64,000 bases of DNA, from positions 1,346 to 65,345 of the forward strand of contig JBGSYX010000088.1 of NCBI GenBank assembly GCA_041750735.1. Direction: 5' to 3'. The position numbers and the translations under genes are program-made. Within the stretch, counting starts at the first letter, position 1. Every line of letters starts with the position of its first letter. Under the pieces are notes generated by a model that did no database searches, was not told the origin of the DNA, and saw only the letters and a list, made by a program, of their open reading frames with translations. The DNA comes from Cyclobacteriaceae bacterium. GTDB lineage: Bacteria > Bacteroidota > Bacteroidia > Cytophagales > Cyclobacteriaceae. Shown one piece after another: positions 63,732 through 64,000 of the stretch.

Positions 63732-64000
63732 GTGAATACAAAGACGATCATAATTGCCTGGTGTTTCATGCTATTCGCCAACTGCTCATTCGGCCAGTAC
63801 TCATCCTTTAAATATCAACGGAAAAATCACTCCAGTAGTGACTGGTATGACCAATCTACAAAAGGCTCAAGGTACATCACGGTAGGAGGTGGGCCAGCAT
63901 TGAGTACCTATTTCGGCGATCTAACTCCAAAAGAAAACTTCATCGTCAATGCCTTGAAAGTGACCCGGCCGGGTTTTTCTGCTTTCGTCAACTACAATTG
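63732..64000 (+). CDS. Paralog of the preceding beta-barrel-like protein, N-terminal part only (runs off the window)
   Basis: My own translation from the GTG at 63732 gives (M)NTKTIIIAWCFMLFANCSFGQYSSFKYQRKNHSSSDWYDQSTKGSRYITVGGGPALSTYFGDLTPKENF...RPGFSAFVNYN. This parallels RYVSAGGGISLLTYYGDLAPAENF...KPGISGFIQYHY of the upstream gene. It is not in the ORF track because no stop is reached. Confidence 0.6.
   Translation, partial: MNTKTIIIAWCFMLFANCSFGQYSSFKYQRKNHSSSDWYDQSTKGSRYITVGGGPALSTYFGDLTPKENFIVNALKVTRPGFSAFVNYN

Noticed and set aside
1-64000. I searched for CRISPR arrays, IS or transposase, integrase, phage, toxin-antitoxin or known defence-system genes, and for rRNA genes.
   Set aside because: There are no direct-repeat/spacer arrays and no ORF with recognisable transposase, integrase, phage or defence motifs. 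Every long ORF except four orphans matches a housekeeping family. The two tRNAs show no attached island or flanking direct repeats.

Overview
This is a dense (roughly 90% coding) chromosomal core region. It most likely comes from a Bacteroidota genome of the Cytophagia or Flavobacteriia type. That assignment is inferred from a PorW/SprE-like TPR lipoprotein, a fused SecDF, an atp(Z/I)BEFHAG operon without atpDC, DUF1573/DUF3298/DUF6089-type proteins, and recurring TAnnTTTG -7 promoter boxes. I can support about 62 protein-coding genes, 2 tRNAs (Val-GAC, Phe-GAA), about ten hairpin terminators and a few promoter-like boxes. Content is mostly housekeeping: membrane pyrophosphatase, xylBA with a Nudix-type regulator, F-type ATPase, bactofilin/M23 peptidase, PBP1A, UvrC, a two-component system, ScpA/ScpB, RluB, PurM, SecDF, Udk, RdgB, FKBP isomerases, NrnA, Ndk, Dxs, DPP-IV, PdxJ and NadK. 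I found no rRNA, CRISPR array, transposase or integrase, prophage genes or recognisable defence genes. I therefore do not see a clear-cut novel multi-gene accessory system in this window. The best candidates for under-described biology are listed here.
- A split DsrMK/HdrDE-like membrane Fe-S module with a neighbouring orphan protein (34.3-37.0 kb).
- An M23-bactofilin pair fused transcriptionally, and by frame overlap, to the ATP synthase operon.
- A catalytically degenerate Nudix (NrtR-type) regulator diverging from xylBA.
- A mutually exclusive hairpin set in the dxs leader.
- A GC-rich 357-bp non-coding island.
- Several orphan proteins: 248 aa, 246 aa membrane zinc-ribbon, 163 aa and 111 aa.
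All family assignments come from motif recognition by eye. No database search was run.
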